DNA from: Gemmatimonadota bacterium
GTDB taxonomy: Bacteria; Gemmatimonadota; Gemmatimonadetes; Gemmatimonadales; GWC2-71-9
Direction of reading: 5' to 3'
Length of the DNA: 64,000 nt
Assembly: GCA_022710485.1 (NCBI GenBank)
Contig: JAKLGU010000001.1
Span: 468,315-532,314, forward strand
Below, piece after piece: positions 62,851 through 64,000 of this stretch. Both the position numbers and the translations under genes were made by a program. The notes below the pieces were generated by a model that ran no database searches, was not told where the DNA came from, and saw only the letters and a list, made by a program, of their open reading frames with translations. How positions within the stretch are numbered: position 1 is the first letter of the stretch; each line of letters starts with the position of its first letter.

Positions 62851-64000
62851 CAGATCCGGAGGATCAGGAGCGTGATGTCGTCCGCCGGGCGGGGCGCGAA
62901 GGTACGGACCTCGGCGATGAGCGCGGCGACGATCTCCTCGGGCGGCAGGTGACGGCGTGCGATCACGCCCTCGAGGAGCCGCGCCTCGCCGAACGCCTCG
63001 CCGTCGGCGTCGCGTGCGTCGATCAGGCCGTCGGTGCAGAGACAGAGGAGGTCCTCGTGCATCCGCCACGGCACCTGGCACAACTCGATGTTCCCCCGCG
63101 CGGCCAGCCCGAGCGGCGGCGCGGTGGCCTCGAGCCGTTCCGGCACGCCGGTCGGCGGAATCCGCCAGGCATGGGGGTGCCCGGCGCTGGCGTATGACAG
63201 CTGCTCCGCCCGCGGGTCGAGCACGCCGTAGAACACCGTCAGGAACATCTCGGTGCTGGCGAGGTCGCCCTCGATGCTGTCGAGCAGAAGCTCCAGCGTC
63301 TCGTCAGGCGTGGCCGAACCGGCGGCGTGGATGCCCGCGGCGGCGATGACCATCGCCATGACGAGGGCCGCGCCGAAGCCGTGCGAGGAGACGTCGCCGA
63401 GCATGACGCCGACGCGGCCGCGCCCGAAGCGGTTGAAGGTGTAGAAGTCGCCGCCGACCGACTCGGCGGGCACGCAGCGCGCCGCCACCTCGGCGTCGCC
63501 GCCGAGGACGGCGGGCGAGGGCATCAGCTTGAGCTGGAGGTCGTGCGCCAGCTCGAGTTCGCGGCGAAGCCGCTGCTGCTGCAGGTCGCGCACGACGAGG
63601 CGGGCGTTCTCGATGGCGGCGCCGACCTGGTTGGCCACCGCGGTCACCAGCTTGCGGTGCCCGGGCTCGAACGCGTCGGCGCCGAGGCGGTCGGTGAGGT
63701 TGATCACCCCGACGCAGCGCGAGGCGCTGCCAGGCGCCGCATAGATGATCGGGACCGACAGGTAGGCGCCGCCCTGGTACCCGCGCGGCCCGCCGCGACC
63801 GTCCGCCCCCGCGGGGTTCTCGATCAGGCGACGTTCACGCCAGGCGCGCGCCGCGACGGAGTCGGGATTCGACGGCAGAACGTACGCGTCCGTGGGCGAG
63901 GGAAAACCCCGGGTCGCCACCACCCGAAGGCGGCCCAGCGCCTCGTCGTACACCATGATGGAGGAGCGGCGTGCCGCGACGACCGCACTCACTTCGCGGA
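62850..64000 (-). CDS. GAF-domain PP2C/SpoIIE-family serine phosphatase (5' end probably beyond the window)
   Basis: The GAF-like part (...YLSVPIIYAAPGS..CVGVINLTDR...) is followed by ...ELAHDLQLKLMP...GGDFYTF...VMLGDVSSHGFGAAL...LCLCTDGLIDA. The frame stays open upstream of the GTG at 63992. Confidence 0.8.
   Translation of the reverse strand, partial: REVSAVVAARRSSIMVYDEALGRLRVVATRGFPSPTDAYVLPSNPDSVAARAWRERRLIENPAGADGRGGPRGYQGGAYLSVPIIYAAPGSASRCVGVINLTDRLGADAFEPGHRKLVTAVANQVGAAIENARLVVRDLQQQRLRRELELAHDLQLKLMPSPAVLGGDAEVAARCVPAESVGGDFYTFNRFGRGRVGVMLGDVSSHGFGAALVMAMVIAAAGIHAAGSATPDETLELLLDSIEGDLASTEMFLTVFYGVLDPRAEQLSYASAGHPHAWRIPPTGVPERLEATAPPLGLAARGNIELCQVPWRMHEDLLCLCTDGLIDARDADGEAFGEARLLEGVIARRHLPPEEIVAALIAEVRTFAPRPADDITLLILRI

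Overview
This is a 64-kb window of a high-GC (roughly 68-70%) bacterial chromosome. Gene content and style fit a Gemmatimonadota- or Acidobacteria-like diderm, but the taxon cannot be proven from the sequence alone. Most of the window is core housekeeping, nearly all on the minus strand, in long arrays joined by 1-4 nt start/stop overlaps (ATGA, GTGA, TGATG). The arrays are: ald, M16 peptidase, pnp, rpsO; rseP-dxr-cdsA-uppS-frr-pyrH-tsf-rpsB; rpsI-rplM; an acyl-CoA carboxylase set; rpsA; cmk-aroA-tyrA; recN-nadK-dxs-ispA-xseBA-folD-rny-zapA; pheST-rplT-rpmI-infC; and rex-rsmA with a PP2C phosphatase. There is one tRNA-Leu(UAA). No rRNA, CRISPR array, transposase or integrase was seen. The main accessory region is 16.9-26.0 kb. 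It holds a 1600-aa Sec-signal Rhs/YD-repeat toxin with an immunity gene, a displaced orphan toxin/immunity cassette, and a sensor-less AAA+ sigma54-type activator directly upstream. The whole block is bracketed by three copies of the 3' end of pccB, an att-like layout with no recombinase. Secondary items are: a sulfatase/outer-membrane cluster including a sulfatase with a 65-aa two-helix insertion; a response-regulator plus pilin-like mini-operon; a perfect Rex operator; an infC leader terminator; a dispersed tandem-octamer motif; REP-like hairpins; and an unlisted small lipoprotein ORF. All calls come from reading the ORF translations and DNA by eye. No database search was run.
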